Source of the DNA: Schizochytrium sp. TIO01
Taxonomy: Eukaryota; Protista; Bigyra: Labyrinthulomycetes
Assembly: GCA_004764695.1 (NCBI GenBank)
Contig: SMSO01000032.1
Coordinates: forward strand, 3,124,725 to 3,188,724
DNA length: 64,000 bases
Direction: 5' to 3'
The notes under the pieces were generated by a model that made no database searches, was not told the origin of the DNA, and saw only the letters and a list, made by a program, of their open reading frames with translations. Positions 25,157-38,715 of the stretch are shown piece after piece. Position 1 is the stretch's first letter. Each line of letters opens with the position of its first letter. A program made the position numbers and the translations under genes.

Positions 25157-27080
25157 AGTGACAAGCTACAAAGAACAGTGAGAAAGAAGCTTGCACACTA
25201 CGTCAGAAATGGTTTCTCAGCTTCTCTGTGTTGCAGTGGTTCATAGAATACTTTTGTCAAACGACAAATTACAGCAACAAACGGTAGGAACAGGTCTCCA
25301 GGTGAGTTTCAAAAGTGTATGAACTAGCAACTTCGCCAAATGAATACTCTCTATAGTCGGCGATGCAGCGACTCTGTTGTTTCTGTTGCTGACCTGGGGT
25401 TCAAGGGGATTTGCCAAAAATGTGTGCGCCTTTTCAAAAAGCGACGCGTAAAGCTAATAGATTGGCTTCCCTCGTGAGTCGCTTTCCTTGTCCTGAAAGA
25501 TAGACAAGATACCGCGCAGAATCAGGGGAACCAGCTTCACAAGGTTCCTTTGTGCCGTAAATTCTTTGAACAGATACTGCTGATACAGCAACTGCGCCAC
25601 CCACCAACCCCTCTGTGAGCCCCTTTTCCCAAGCTTGTTCTTTTTCGTCTTTGCGCCTGGTACTCGAACAGGTCTGCTCAAGGCAACGACGTGCTAGATC
25701 AAGCCTCAGTGTTTCGTCGAGATCGCGAAGTTTCAAGCCCTAGGCCAGGAGGGCTCTGGTTATGCAGGCGCGCCAGGCACGCTCCCAGCAGCCGCGCGGC
25801 GCCTTGCGAAAGCAATATGTGCTAGCGCAATGGCTTACTTAAAGAAAAAGAAGCGAGAGTATTTTATTCTAATTTAAAAAGGCAATATAGCCCCTACATA
25901 GCACTTATGTAATAAATGTTTACTATCTAAGCAACTAATACAGCTGATAAGCAAGCAAGCTCATAGTTAGTGCTCCTACAAGACCTATTACACCTAATAC
26001 CTACTACCTAGTTAGGTAGGCGGTGACGATTGTCTGAGTTTCTACAATGGATTGACATACGGCAGGTAGGAGTCGCTTAGGCAAGAGGGATCATTTCTTT
26101 CTAATCTAATTCCGTACCTTCTACCAAAGTACTTAGAGGTTAATGCTATCTAGATAGTTACTTGGTAAAACCATTAGGCACCATAACAGGTGCATAAGTA
26201 AAAGTATAAAACCCAACTTCTATGCATATGATTAGAGTCATGCTACCTGGATAATGTATATAATATAGATCGAGGTAGACCCTGTATATCAGGTGCTACT
26301 GGTTTCAACTAGGAACAGTTATGCTAAGTAGACTATCACTACTGAGGCAGCGCCTTAAAAAACAATCATTACTTATCAGTATATACCTACCTACTTCCTG
26401 ACTTGGGTCCAGTCAACATATATGTCAGTAAGAATACCTGCACCTATTTGGTATCAAGTAGTCAACTTTCACGATATATGCTGTGCTTTGACATGAGTTT
26501 TTATACAAGTAGAAGGATCTTTAGGTAGTAATTTCTACTTGGCTGTATGCTGGCACTTACAAGAGCCATCTTTGAAGTTGTTTAGGGGTGTATTACATAT
26601 AGTGGGTATTATGTCGTTGATATCAATTGTATGACTCGGTAATTTTTGACAAAACCGTGGATTAGCATGTCAGTCTATGTGGCAACCATACTGAAAGCAC
26701 ACTCTATCAGCACTACGCTGGAGTTCTTTGATTAAATGAAGAATTTTCGAGACAACTCTCATAAATTTCTTCACTTCAGGACTCGGGAAAACAAACCCTC
26801 AATGAAAGAGAACGAAATGATGCATCATATACTAAAGCCTTTGTATCTGTCTATCTGAACTCTCACACTTGTGATAGTATTTCTTTCATCAAGCCTTTAC
26901 AACATTAAACATATTGATTTAGGCAGAGACGAAACAATTGTGGCTTCTGAAATAACCTCGTACTCTGGTCAGAAGTGTATCATTGCCTCCGGTGTGGTTT
27001 TCATTATTTTGAATCAAGAATTAATATGAAACCCATTCATAACAGTTTATATTAAACAAGAAATCTTCCCTTCATACTGA

Positions 27081-27159
27081 GCTGTGATGACCGAGCGGTT
27101 AAGGTGCCACGTTAAGGCCGTGGTCCGAAAGGGCGTGGGTTCGAGTCCCACTCACAGTA
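27081..27159 (+). tRNA. tRNA-Leu(AAG)
   Basis: Acceptor GCTGTGA/TCACAGT, anticodon arm CCACG-TTAAGGC-CGTGG, variable arm, GGTTCGAGTCC T-loop, downstream oligo-T. Confidence 0.93.
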
Positions 27160-27246
27160 CTTACTTTTTATCCACATTGACTTTGTTATACAAATAAATG
27201 GTATTAGCATTATTGAGGGTTGTCAAGAAACTTTTCTTTGAATCAA

Positions 27247-27325
27247 GCTGTGATGGCCGAGCGGTTAAGGCGCCACGTTCAGGTCGTGGTCCGAAAGGGC
27301 GTGGGTTCGAGTCCCACTCACAGTA
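27247..27325 (+). tRNA. tRNA-Leu(CAG)
   Basis: Same cloverleaf with anticodon loop TTCAGGT, followed by a T7 terminator. Confidence 0.94.
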
Positions 27326-27912
27326 CAAAGTCTTTTTTTATTATTTTAGTAACGAAAACTAAAATACACTAATTAAAAGCACTCTCACTAACCAGAGGCA
27401 ATGGGTGGCTATTTTCGCCTGAGGTTTTGTTATTAAATTTGGCGCGCACGAGGAAACTTGAAGGCCTTCCCGACGCATTTGACTTCTGTTCATCAATATG
27501 AATCGGATAAGCTCGAATAAATCTCTGAGAATCGTATAAATAAATAATCTGTTATTTACGATTAGTACGCTAATCAATATAAGGAATAGTTTGAGTAGGC
27601 TTAGGCCTAAAACTTTTGTTATTCTTCTTCCTAAAGCTCAGTCACAATGTCAGTGGGAAGGAAGTTTTTATTTACTATATTTGTTTTAAAATTTACATAC
27701 GTATGCGTAATAATAAAGGAAAGCGAGGACATTTACATTTTGGACCAGATAGAATCAATACCCCAAATCCTCATTGAGTATTTGTTTTGGCTTGAGTTTT
27801 ATTTTACCAAAGTTATTTTTACTCAGTACTGAGAGTGCAGAATTCTATGCTGATGTGAAATAAGCTGTACTAGGCTTTAGCTGGTTGTTTGGAGGTTTTC
27901 TAGCACTGATGC

Positions 27913-27991
27913 GCTGTGATGGCCGAGCGGTTAAGGCGCCACGTTCAGGTCGTGGTCCGAAAGGGCGTGGGTTCGAGTCCCACTCACAGTA
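27913..27991 (+). tRNA. tRNA-Leu(CAG), identical second copy
   Basis: Identical to 27247-27325, followed by a T10 terminator. Confidence 0.94.
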
Positions 27992-28822
27992 CTCATCGTA
28001 TTTTTTTTTTAATTTAAATAATTACATTAAAAAAAATTATTGTCAATCTGGCCGACTACTGACCTCTAACGTACAGTACAGTTACCTATAAATAGTATCG
28101 CTATCTATTTCCATATCTGAAGTTTATTTCAATTGCAACGATGAAGCAACTGACTGGTGAAACTAACCAGATTTCAACCCTTGGTTTGATGCGATTTTCG
28201 TTGTTTTATTTTGTTTTATCTTAAAATTCACTTTATAATTTTTGTGGATAACCAATAACGGATACATAGTGGCATGTCACCGATCCAAACTAGGGAGCTG
28301 GAAAACCAAGGGAGAGCTTGTGAGTACGTTCCAATACTTCTCCTTCTCATTGAACTTCACACTTTACAATCTCTCCTTTGAACCAAAATTTTATCCGTTA
28401 GTGTACAGTACATGAGAACCACGTGATGTGAAACCATAAAAAGACCAGATCTTGGTACTATTCTTCTCCAATCAATCTAGTTTTATCGTCCCAAAGTGCC
28501 ATACAGGTATCATCCTATAGTCGTGATTACTATGGCGAGAAAAATTCGTTGAGAGGTATCTGACTGGTCGTGAATTGAAAAGAAGTCTAATTTCTACTGA
28601 TTTTGTTAGAACGGAGCAGCAGCTCATGAGATACACACATGCACATGTCAACTAAGGATGGTTAGCATACTTTGACGGCAATATAGACAAAGGCTTTTAG
28701 CCTTAGACTTTATTACCCAAGCCAAGCCTTGGTAGATTTAGGTAACGTAAAGAAACCTACAGAACCTAACCTTAAGCATCAGCTGATGTGGCTTTAAAGT
28801 TAGCCACGCTTTTGACTCCAAG

Positions 28823-29677
28823 ATGATTCTCAATGCATGGATTCGAATTATGGGCCTAGCTGTTGCTCTGAGTATGGTTGATGATGTCAGTGCTACTGTG
28901 TCTAGCGTTAACAAGACTTGGATACGTCGACGTCTAGCAGCAACGCTTATTGTTGTACCTTTGCTTAACTTGATGATGTTGATTGTGCTTCTGCTTCTCA
29001 CACAACTTTGCTCATCTGCTATGAATATTCTTGCGACATGTTATTATCTCAGCAAAGTCCTCATAGGGTATCTTTATTGTTTCCGAGCAGATCTTTTGCT
29101 CAAAGGTCCATTGTTTTCACACAAATCTAGAATGATTATTACTGTAGTCAGATTTTACCTCCTCATGGTTCTCGTGATCAATGTTGGGAAAGCACTCTTC
29201 GTGTACAGTAGCATCATGGTTGAAGGACAATGTTTTCCAATATTTGGCAATGCAATGTGGGCTTCACTTGACGAAATCATGTTTTCCATTGCAGATTTAT
29301 GCATATTTCTCATGATGATGTTTTTCTATGTTCAGCACCTGCATAATGTGAATATATCAGCTAGCAGCCGGGAGGCCCAACATGGATTTCGTCGAATTCT
29401 CTTGATAACACTCATGCCCCTTTGTTTCACTTTATTATCTATCATACAAATACAAGCTGACGAGACTTCAGCAAGTTTCATTGGAGATCTTGACATGCAA
29501 GTTCACATGCTATGTCTCTTATTCGCTTATTCTAAAGGTGCAAGACGTCATTCCAGACAAAGTTATCGATCTGCAATAAGGTATGGTGGTGACCAATCGG
29601 CGTCGTTTAGCAAGAAAAAATCAAGCTCTGCTCCGCCACAGGAAAGTAGCTTGAATAGTCAAACTATTGAAAAGTGA
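28823..29677 (+). CDS. Hypothetical multi-pass membrane protein (GPCR-like topology possible)
   Basis: 284 aa with ~6-7 hydrophobic segments and a Ser/Lys-rich tail. Confidence 0.6.
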   Translation: MILNAWIRIMGLAVALSMVDDVSATVSSVNKTWIRRRLAATLIVVPLLNLMMLIVLLLLTQLCSSAMNILATCYYLSKVLIGYLYCFRADLLLKGPLFSHKSRMIITVVRFYLLMVLVINVGKALFVYSSIMVEGQCFPIFGNAMWASLDEIMFSIADLCIFLMMMFFYVQHLHNVNISASSREAQHGFRRILLITLMPLCFTLLSIIQIQADETSASFIGDLDMQVHMLCLLFAYSKGARRHSRQSYRSAIRYGGDQSASFSKKKSSSAPPQESSLNSQTIEK

Positions 29678-30419
29678 TGGATGGCATATTGCTGAAAAAC
29701 TTGGACGAAAGTACAATGTGCATGTATGGGATTGTATAGACATTTTTACACTCAAAACAATTTGCTCTTGTTGGACTGTAAATATGATTAGGTGATCATA
29801 TCAAATAACACCGTTATAATCAATGGTACGAATAGATGCTGGGGTACAAATCTAGAGAACTTTAGATACGAATGGTTCTTTTTAGGAATAGAGATTGAAC
29901 CACGTTTTTAAAACCTCATAAATAGATCTAACTAAAACTTTGTATTGATCATGGAGAGGAATGACTTTGATAAAAGCCAATTCTTGGTAAGCTAGAGGTT
30001 GACTGGGAAGATGAAGGCAAGATACAGAAGAAGAAGTATGATGAAGACCTAGCAAGATATTGTAGACTTAGGCTTTGAAAAATTAGCGATCTGCTGAACT
30101 TGATAATAAATACCAAGGTGCGCTGATTTATATTGCAATTGGTGTAGATGATATTAAAAGTTTGAAAGTGAAAGACCAAGCGAGCTGATAAGAAAGAGAA
30201 TCTGAACTATCATCAGTATATTGCCTTGGTTCCTAGTAGTGGTCCTTGTATGCGGAACCTCACTATAAAGCCATATTTCTCATAAAGCACATATTATAAA
30301 ACTCGCCCACACAACAGTATTGTGAGGAAAAGGGGGAATTTCGCCTCTAATCCCTGCCTATTTTCTCCTCTTTTTCTCCCGCACAGCCCTAGGATGGAAT
30401 TGACAGGTTAGGGAGCAGC

Positions 30420-32647
30420 ATGCTTGGGGGAATTTACAAAGTCTACAGAAGTTTGGCATACTGAGTACAACACGGTTTCCGTGGTTTCTGAAGCGCGCCA
30501 ATGAAGGTATCTTGTGGATCACCAACAATTTTTCGTGTAAGGATGAAAAATGAAGATCACTCAGAAACACATAATTTTGTCTAATTTACTATATTCTTAA
30601 GTCGCCTACACGCGGTCACCTGGAACACCCCACTGGCAAACTTATTGTTATTGTGAAACACCACTGGTTAGGCCAGATCTCTCAGTTGTCAGAAAATGTC
30701 ACCAAACATGGTGCTTCGGTTCTTGCACGACTGAATAAATTAATTTCTGGAAGCCAAGGCTCTAGCTCTGTACAAAACACTACGCCATCCCAGACTAATG
30801 GTGCCACTCTGGCCGCAGCTATAAGTGCAAGTGTAAGTGAATCTCAATTTGAAAGGCAAACAGGTTTGAGGTGGAAAAGAACCTTCCAGATACCACTGCA
30901 AAGCCTTACAGATGCACCTGAAGGGGGAAAGGAAGAGGCTTACAAATCTGTAGATGTGTTACTTAATGAGAAAGTAAGATGCTGGAAAGCAAAGCCGACG
31001 CGGGAACTTGGTATTCTACTATGGGCTTGTATAATATCAAGGCCAACTCGGATCAAAGTGTCTTGCTAAATCCCCATATATCTCGCTTAAGTAAGTGTCT
31101 AGACAAGGCACTATTTTAGATCTTTCTGTCAAGGTACCTGGCACTTCGAGCGGTGCTTTTAAAAACAATTCTCTTTCACCCAAATCGTGAAGAAGGTGGT
31201 TCATCGATGACTTCCAAAGTGCAATTGTTGGGTTCATGTACCAAGAACTTCCTACAGAGTCAACACGAACCATTGTCATTGTGCTTGAAAGTGTTAATAA
31301 GGTTTGCAACAGACAAAGCAATGAGAGCAATACGGTTTTGCAAGGAATTTCGACATATGTTATTGGGCCATCCTTTTCGACTGTCTTTAGGGGCGATACA
31401 TTTCCTGGGAACGGAATATCGTATGGTTTCCAGCAAAACAACAGAAGATGTAACCGCGCTAAGCTCGCGGACTTACCTCATATGGCGCTCTTCTAGAAAG
31501 GATTCCAAAATTAATGATATTTTGTTAGAGACGAGCAGAAATCTCCTTCTGATTTCCCGGTGAACTCGTTGCAGCAGACGGGAGAATGATTCTATGTAGT
31601 CAATGAGGTGGGTACCTTCACTTCGGTTGAGCAAAACCCTTAGATGAATATTATAGGTGCTGGAAAACCGCGCTTGAAAATCTACCAGGTTTACAGTTAT
31701 ATGGTTATCCTCAACTTAGAGTTTGGCATACTGAGTTCAACACTTTTTACGTGTTTTCTGAGGCGTGACAAAGAAGGTACCTTATGGATCATCAATGAAT
31801 TTTCATGTATGGAAGAAGGAAAGAGATCACCCAGGAACGCATATTTTTGTCTAATTTGCTTTATTCTAAAGTACACTACTGAAAATTTTGCTGCTATTGC
31901 GAAAGACCTCTGGTCAGAACTGATCTCTCGGTTGTGAAAATATTGCACAAAGCCTGGTGATTCGCACTGAAAAACTCAACTTCCGGGAGCCAAGGCTCCA
32001 GCTTGTTACATAGCACTATGCCATCGCAGACTGATTGTGCCACTCTGACCGCAGGTTCAAGTGCAAGTGTAAGTAGATCTCAATCCAGAAAGCAAGCAGG
32101 ATTGAGGTGGGGAAAAGCTTCAAGATGTCACTTCCGTTGGGACCTTCTTACGAAACCCTTTATTGCTCGAATGACACTCAAAGACGGTAAGGGACATGAT
32201 GCAGTAGTAAAGACACTTTTTTATCCAAACTGCCAGAAAGAAGCTAATTCCATTGAATCTACATTTGTAAACGGAAAAGAAATATATTGTGAACCTATGC
32301 AGGGGCTACAAGGCATTGTGGTGCCTCGATTTATCTTTGGTGGGATTTATTGGAAAATGGAACGCTTCCTTGTAGTCACCGAATATGCCAGTGTTACGCT
32401 CCTTCAACATTCACAGGAAAAAGGGCTTACCACCCGTATACAATGCTGTGTTCATGGAGCCTTAATATCAGTGCACAATGCTGGTGTGCTTCACAATGAT
32501 ATTGCTCTAAACAACTTTTTATGGAATGGCGAATCTGTGGCGGTAATTGACTTTGACAGATATCATGTCTGTATTGGCCTTGAGCAATTCGCCAGAGAAG
32601 CTGACGACCTCGAAATGCTGTTGAGTCAGCATGAATCAATTAGTTGA
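30420..32647 (+). pseudogene. Decayed Crinkler-like (putative nuclease + protein kinase) gene with internal partial duplication
   Basis: QVYSYMV..NLEFGILSS...FLRR motif, then kinase subdomains VVK, VPRF, VTEY, VHNAGVLHNDIALNNFL and VIDFD. There are multiple stops and frameshifts. 30430-30890 is paralogous to 31680-32125. Confidence 0.65.
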
Positions 32648-34572
32648 TTTTTCTTTACCATTTTTCATTGAATTTGAAGGATTATTTTCTACAATATAAA
32701 AAATGAACGAAGCCGAATTTCTGATGTAAATATTAGAGTGCATTGAGAGAGATTAAGTGCTTATCAAAGATTGGCCTGTAGTAGAGCGTAAAGAGAAACG
32801 AACTGAAGAAAGCGATTGAGCAATGAAAAGGAAACGTATGGTATTCTATATAAATCATGGGCATAGTTTGAAACATTGAGATCGGTTTGGGCTGTAGACA
32901 TTCTTTCGCCTAGATGCAGGTTAAGCGGTTTGCTTGAATACATACTTGGCTAGTTTTCTTCATTTATTCTCGTAAATCATACATAAGACATAAGATAGAA
33001 TATACAACTATCGAAAACTTATTGCAGACAATCACTATCAAGGAGTTCTACAATTTTAGAAGAGCCATTGGGATGAGACTACCTATTCATAACATCCATT
33101 TGGTAATCACGAAGTTTACACAACCACATTTTTGCTATCTACGACAGTAGCTGTTCTCAAGAGACTACCTTACCTATCATTACACATTCGGTCATAAATA
33201 AAATGGAAGCTTCGATTGACTCTCATATGTCGTTAGATAGTTGATTTATTTCCTCAGAGATAAATTTGATTGTTAGGTACCTAGTTCTACGGCCATCTAG
33301 CCCGAGGTCTTAGTTGTGCTATTGAGTGATTTTTGGAGTATTTTATCTGCAATAGTCCTAACTAGGTAGGTAGGCACTAGGTACTACAGGAAACTTGAAA
33401 GAGAGAGGAACAATGACTTATTGTTTTGGCTTGGGGTTCAACCCAAGCTGGAAGAAGTTAACTCGTTATAGCAAGAGTGAGGGCGTTAGAAAGAAGGCTA
33501 GTGCATGGAGAACCAAATGCGCGACCGAATAACTATTTCTGATGGGATAGTTGTGTGGCCTCTCAGTCACTTGATTTGTGAGAAAAAGTGGGTTCCCAAA
33601 TTTGACTCTTGAATTAACTTCATATTGCTAATAGACACAGGATCCGGATGAATAGCCATGTTTATAGAGTCATAGACAAGGAAGGTTGTCTGGCTTTGGC
33701 TGGGGCGCTCGAGATAAATCAAACATTTACGACACCAAAGAATTTGCATACTAACATGATATGAGAGCACCTACTTGGAGCTACCCAAGCAAACTATAAT
33801 CCAATTATGTAGATGTTGAGAGATCCATGCTTTTGATTGCATCAGCCTGAGCCGGGTAACTTTAGATTAACACAGAGTATTAACTACATATATGCGTAAT
33901 GAATAAATGAGTTCCCATATTTACGGTTGCGGGAGCAGAGATGCGAACACTCCGTTGTCTTGATAATTGCAGAATGCAGCCAAAATGTTTACATAATGTT
34001 GCATCTCGTCTTTTATGGGAATAGTTGTACTTGAATCTGTCCGCTGTTGGTCGAAAAGAAGGCGGGTGCAGAGGCGGATATCATGAAACGTGGTAATGAT
34101 TGCTTAGAGGTGATTAAGGAAATGCTGGAGTAGTTGGGTTTAATTTGTATTGAATCTAGGGTTGAATAGCTTGTGGTCTCGTTGAGTCGGTTTGACTCAG
34201 TTCAGGTTGATTCAGATCTACTGTCCGATATGCTTCGCAAACTCCTCTCGACGCTACCTTGTTCCCTTCGTTTCCTAATATGCGTGTGTAACACGTAAGG
34301 CATCATGCCAGTGGTGTCATAAATATCAGGAATCGTGCCAGTGGCATCACAAACGAGTTCCTTTAAGCCTTGCAAAGTTATCCCGTATTGTTGTATCTGT
34401 TTTACTTCTCAGTACTGATATAATAGACTTTATCTACTAAATCCAAACAATTCCTCTGGGAGGCAATATGTACTTTCCAATTAGATTTATTTGAAATAGC
34501 CGCTGCATACTGAATATGTTTTGATAGACATGCTAGTGAGCTCGGGCCCCTTCAAAATGTAGATTTTGGAGT

Positions 34573-36902
34573 TCAGGGTGAGCTCTTAGAACAAAAAAAA
34601 GATAGGAAGTGGGTCTTGTGACAGCTCGTTCTTCCAAACGTTGACTTTGAACCATTGATATAGCTCTGCTCATATTTACGAAGTGTTGCGAAATACACAA
34701 TCATACGGTTCTCAGGACCAAGATCAAGCTTCCTTCGCAGCGATTCGTATGCAGTCTTCGGTTTGGGATGCATGTCACTCAGTGTGCACTGTATAGCATG
34801 CACGGTACGATGTCCGCCGGGTCCATCTGAAAGTCCTCCATCACGTTCTGCCCAGAGCAAATCAACAAATCGATATGTTGGATCCAATGGCTTGTACAAA
34901 TATCCAACTTCCATTTCAGATGCTTTCACAAAGCGGTTCCATATTACACTTGTACTTGTCTTACTACGAAGCACCTGCCCTGGTTCTAACAAATCATCGA
35001 ATTGAAAAGGCACGTGTCCCTTTCTTCCTTTGTTCTCCACTTTCGACCACCGCCATTGTAGACCTTTGCCTGAAATGAGAGAGGTCTCAACCAACCTCTC
35101 CAACAACATTGGGTCCCCGTGATCTTTGAGAGGGTTCAAGTTCATCAGGTATAGATTGCGACGAGCCTCGTCGATAGAGATGGAATCAGCCTTTTCTCTC
35201 AGTCGTTACACATCGAATGCAGGAACAAGTTTAAAGTTGAAGTAATCTCCCACGTCTGCATATGGAGTTGCTACTGAGCCTAGCGTGTGCGTCAAGTGAT
35301 CCTCTTGTGAGTGCGTCTCGAGGCGGAGCCTTGTTAGAATCTTTAATACCTCCGATTCCTCCATAGTGCTAACTTTGTCTTGAATCTTGTTGGAATACTG
35401 TTCGAAACCCAGTCTGGGAGTGAACATTAACCACAAATATGGGCCAACTCTGGACTTACGTTTAAGAACCTCTGTTGGAGTAAAGTGCGAGCATTCAGCT
35501 AAAGATACAAGACTCGATCCCATCGTAAGTCGTTTATTATGTGTTGGGCATGACACATAAAGCTGCTTTGCATCATATTGTTTACAAAACTCTTTGTAGC
35601 GCTGCGTATCTGGAGAGCAGGCAGCAACGCATGGTATTCCTCGAACTGCAGGTACTTCCTGCATCGAGGCCTCTGGGTCATAAATTTCTTTGTATATTAC
35701 CATTATGAGAAACAGGCCTGAGCGCAGATACACTAATTGCGATGTCCCTCTCAACCCGACAAACGTGTCTTGAACCCACCTCTAGTGACAAGAAGAACGC
35801 ACCAACGCTGACGGCTGCTCCATTCCAACAAAACGTGAAAATTTGTGGCTGTGGAAGCACTGTTAGGTCTTCACCAAGAACACACCATACTTCTGGGTTA
35901 AATACCACCACTACGTACTTCCAAAGGTGCCAAGACTTTGAGATACCTGGATCGCCAATAACGACTGAATTTTCATATTTCCACCACGTCTTCATAAGAC
36001 CAATATCTTCATTTCTAAAGAATAAAATATTTGCTCCAGGACGATTAATCATTCCTGGAAAAGACCGTGGCAAGGTGACCACGTACATGGAGCTATCCAC
36101 AGCAAATTCCTCTTCACTCTTCCACGCCACCTTTGTCACCCCAATCTTGTCTGCCCTGGCCATATTGGGCCAGTCCACAAATCCTGTTTCCTCATCCAGT
36201 GTTCAAGTTCCATGATTCACGACCTCAGCGCCTGACACGCTCCGAAGCCACGCTTGCTCGCCCTCCGCAGCTTTTGGTCTGCATTCGATATAATTGGCGC
36301 ATGCTCGCTGTAGCTTCTGAGCCATATCCTTGTCAAGCCCGTCCGTGTTGAAGAAGGAAGGTTGGTCAATATCAGCCGGATTCGTACTCATAGGCAACTT
36401 GCTCTCGCCAACATGTTTATGATATAGAAAGTCACAGGCAGCTAAAGGAACACCTTCCTGACGCAAAATACTTAAAAATGTCTTGTACTCACCTTGGCCA
36501 AGATGTAATGTGCAAGTATCACAACCAGCATGGAAAATATTCCAGAAAGCAGTCGTAACTATAGCTTCTCGAAGGCCGTAATTCAATAGCCTAGGGACAA
36601 CTTCTTTTCCGAGAAAGCTTTTCCAAGAAATTTTACATGCGTTAGTTCCCCATCCATCCATTCATCTTCTCAAGGATCTTTTGGACACCTTCTCGGTCTG
36701 GTTTTCCAGGCGTTTCGATAGTCTTCTGACTAGTTCTTTGACCTGTCCTCATTTCATGATTAGTGGTGCTTCGGTGCCGTACGAAAAGACTTTGCGCCCC
36801 TGCCGCTCTAACTCGATGCTCCATAAGAATTGTACTTCTGTCAGTAGTGGAGTTGCCCTCAAGAATAGGAGAAAGCTTAAAGCAACACCTTTCCATCATC
36901 AA
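34573..36902 (-). pseudogene. Decayed Crinkler/RHS-type P-loop NTPase + PD-(D/E)xK nuclease gene
   Basis: Consecutive frameshifted ORFs. Walker-A-like VVIGDPGISKS, then CVAACSPD..RYKEFCK, then nuclease-like YKP.DPTYRFVD...AIQCTLSDMHP. Confidence 0.65.
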
Positions 36903-38574
36903 CTCTCTCTCTGCTGAGACTTCACAGCAGTCTTATTAATTAGTGTTGCGCAACAGATGCCCCGAGTGTACAAACCCAATGACGCTTTCTTTCTTCAGCG
37001 TTTTGTAGAGAATTCCGTTTCTGAACGATGAGGGAAGACCTCTCAAAAGCGGCGGCTGAGGCAGAGTTTTCAGCAGTGTTGAACAGGTAAGTTCTCAAGA
37101 AGGAGTCCAATCTCCTGAGTTCGAAGCAGCAGGGAAGAAGATAGACCGGGGACGAGGGGGGTTTGCACACACGGGCATCTCAGCAGGTCCTCTCACTCCC
37201 GACTTGCTTAACAATGAATAGAGTCCCATGTACCGCGCCAGAGTTTCACATGGACCAAACTCTTCATTCAAGATTTGCTTTGAGTAGGCCTAATTATTGA
37301 ACTAGCAGTAGACTTGCTAGAACAACAGTACTAGGTACCCACTGACCTGTTTAAAGTGACGAACGAACCAAAGTATTTACTTAAGCAAATCATTTTCCGA
37401 TTATGTATTGTTTTCGATGTTTTAAAGCGCAATAGCCTGACTTGAGAGAAAAACAGCACCGGAAAACATATTTGCTTAGTGAAAACTGAATGAGTTGCTA
37501 ATATTCAAAGATCCCAGGAGCAGAGATGCGAGTGCCCCGTAGTGTCGACAATTTCAAAGAATATTTTGGCATCAAAAATGGGAAGACTTTTCTTTTGGGG
37601 CAAGACAATAATCAGTTTATTCTCTAGGTATAGAAAAGGCAAACAGTTTGTAAAAGGAGATACATGCAATACTGAATATTGGATAGAAGCTGAGTATAGC
37701 ATGAGTGGTTGGTTTTGTCTGGAGTATATAGATTGTTGAAAGCATCTCATTCAAGATGCTGTTACTCTCGTCGACTCTGCACCCTTGACTCATACAATCG
37801 GTGATTGATTGAAATGTTGCGTGCAAATGATCGCGTTGAATTAGAGCAATGACAATCCCTTCAACGAGTGAGCAATCTTGCTGTCATATTTCGGTAGCAT
37901 GCGCTGGAGGTAATTTATCACCTTTGCAAAACAAAACTGGAAACCTTGGAGTTGCTTTCTTGGAGTGCTAGGGTAAAAAAATGAACGGAGAAAAAAACAT
38001 TCAACACCGGGGCTTCGCATGCAGTCCCCTATCATACTACTGACCCGGCCCTACGCGACTTTACTTCTCAGTGCGAATGAGATGAGGTGTTACCCGCGTG
38101 GTATGATCGAATGTGTTGAAGAGAGGGTGCATGATGAATTTATAGTCACTTACTTACTTTTTTGACGACTTAGGTGCAAGATAGATAGTATTAGGAGAGA
38201 GTGGTAGTGGAACCTCTGCAGCAAGCATCCCTGCAGAAGATATTCTAGGAGTAGGCTTTAGGAAATAGGAATAGTCTTGAAAGAGCGAGAAAGAAAGGGG
38301 TCAGCACATGCAGAACCCGAGGCTGAGTAGGCAAGGTTAGGTTCGTAATAGTAAAATATCCTTTCACTTCGAGAGCACTAAAGAGTATCTCCTTCTTAAG
38401 GAGAACCATAGTAACTCAGTAAGTCAGACCATGGGCGCACCTCTGTCATCGACTTGCAGCTTTACGTCCAGCAGGTTCGAAACCTTCTGCAACGACTGGG
38501 GCTGCGCCACGAGCTTAGCTGAAGGGATATAAGCACGTGTACGCTGGTTCAGGTATAGATCTTTACTTGCTGCG

Positions 38575-38651
38575 ATGTCGGACCACCCAAGTCTTGTCGC
38601 TGCCCTTGAACAGCTTCAGAATGGTGCTACAATTTTAGAGTAAGTTAACAC

Positions 38652-38715
<64 letters not shown>

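Noticed and set aside
38431-38574. Upstream ATG (MGAPLSS...) as the LRR gene start
   Set aside because: An in-frame TAA at ~38530 precedes ATG 38575. It could be a uORF or a mutated N-terminal extension, so it was not used.
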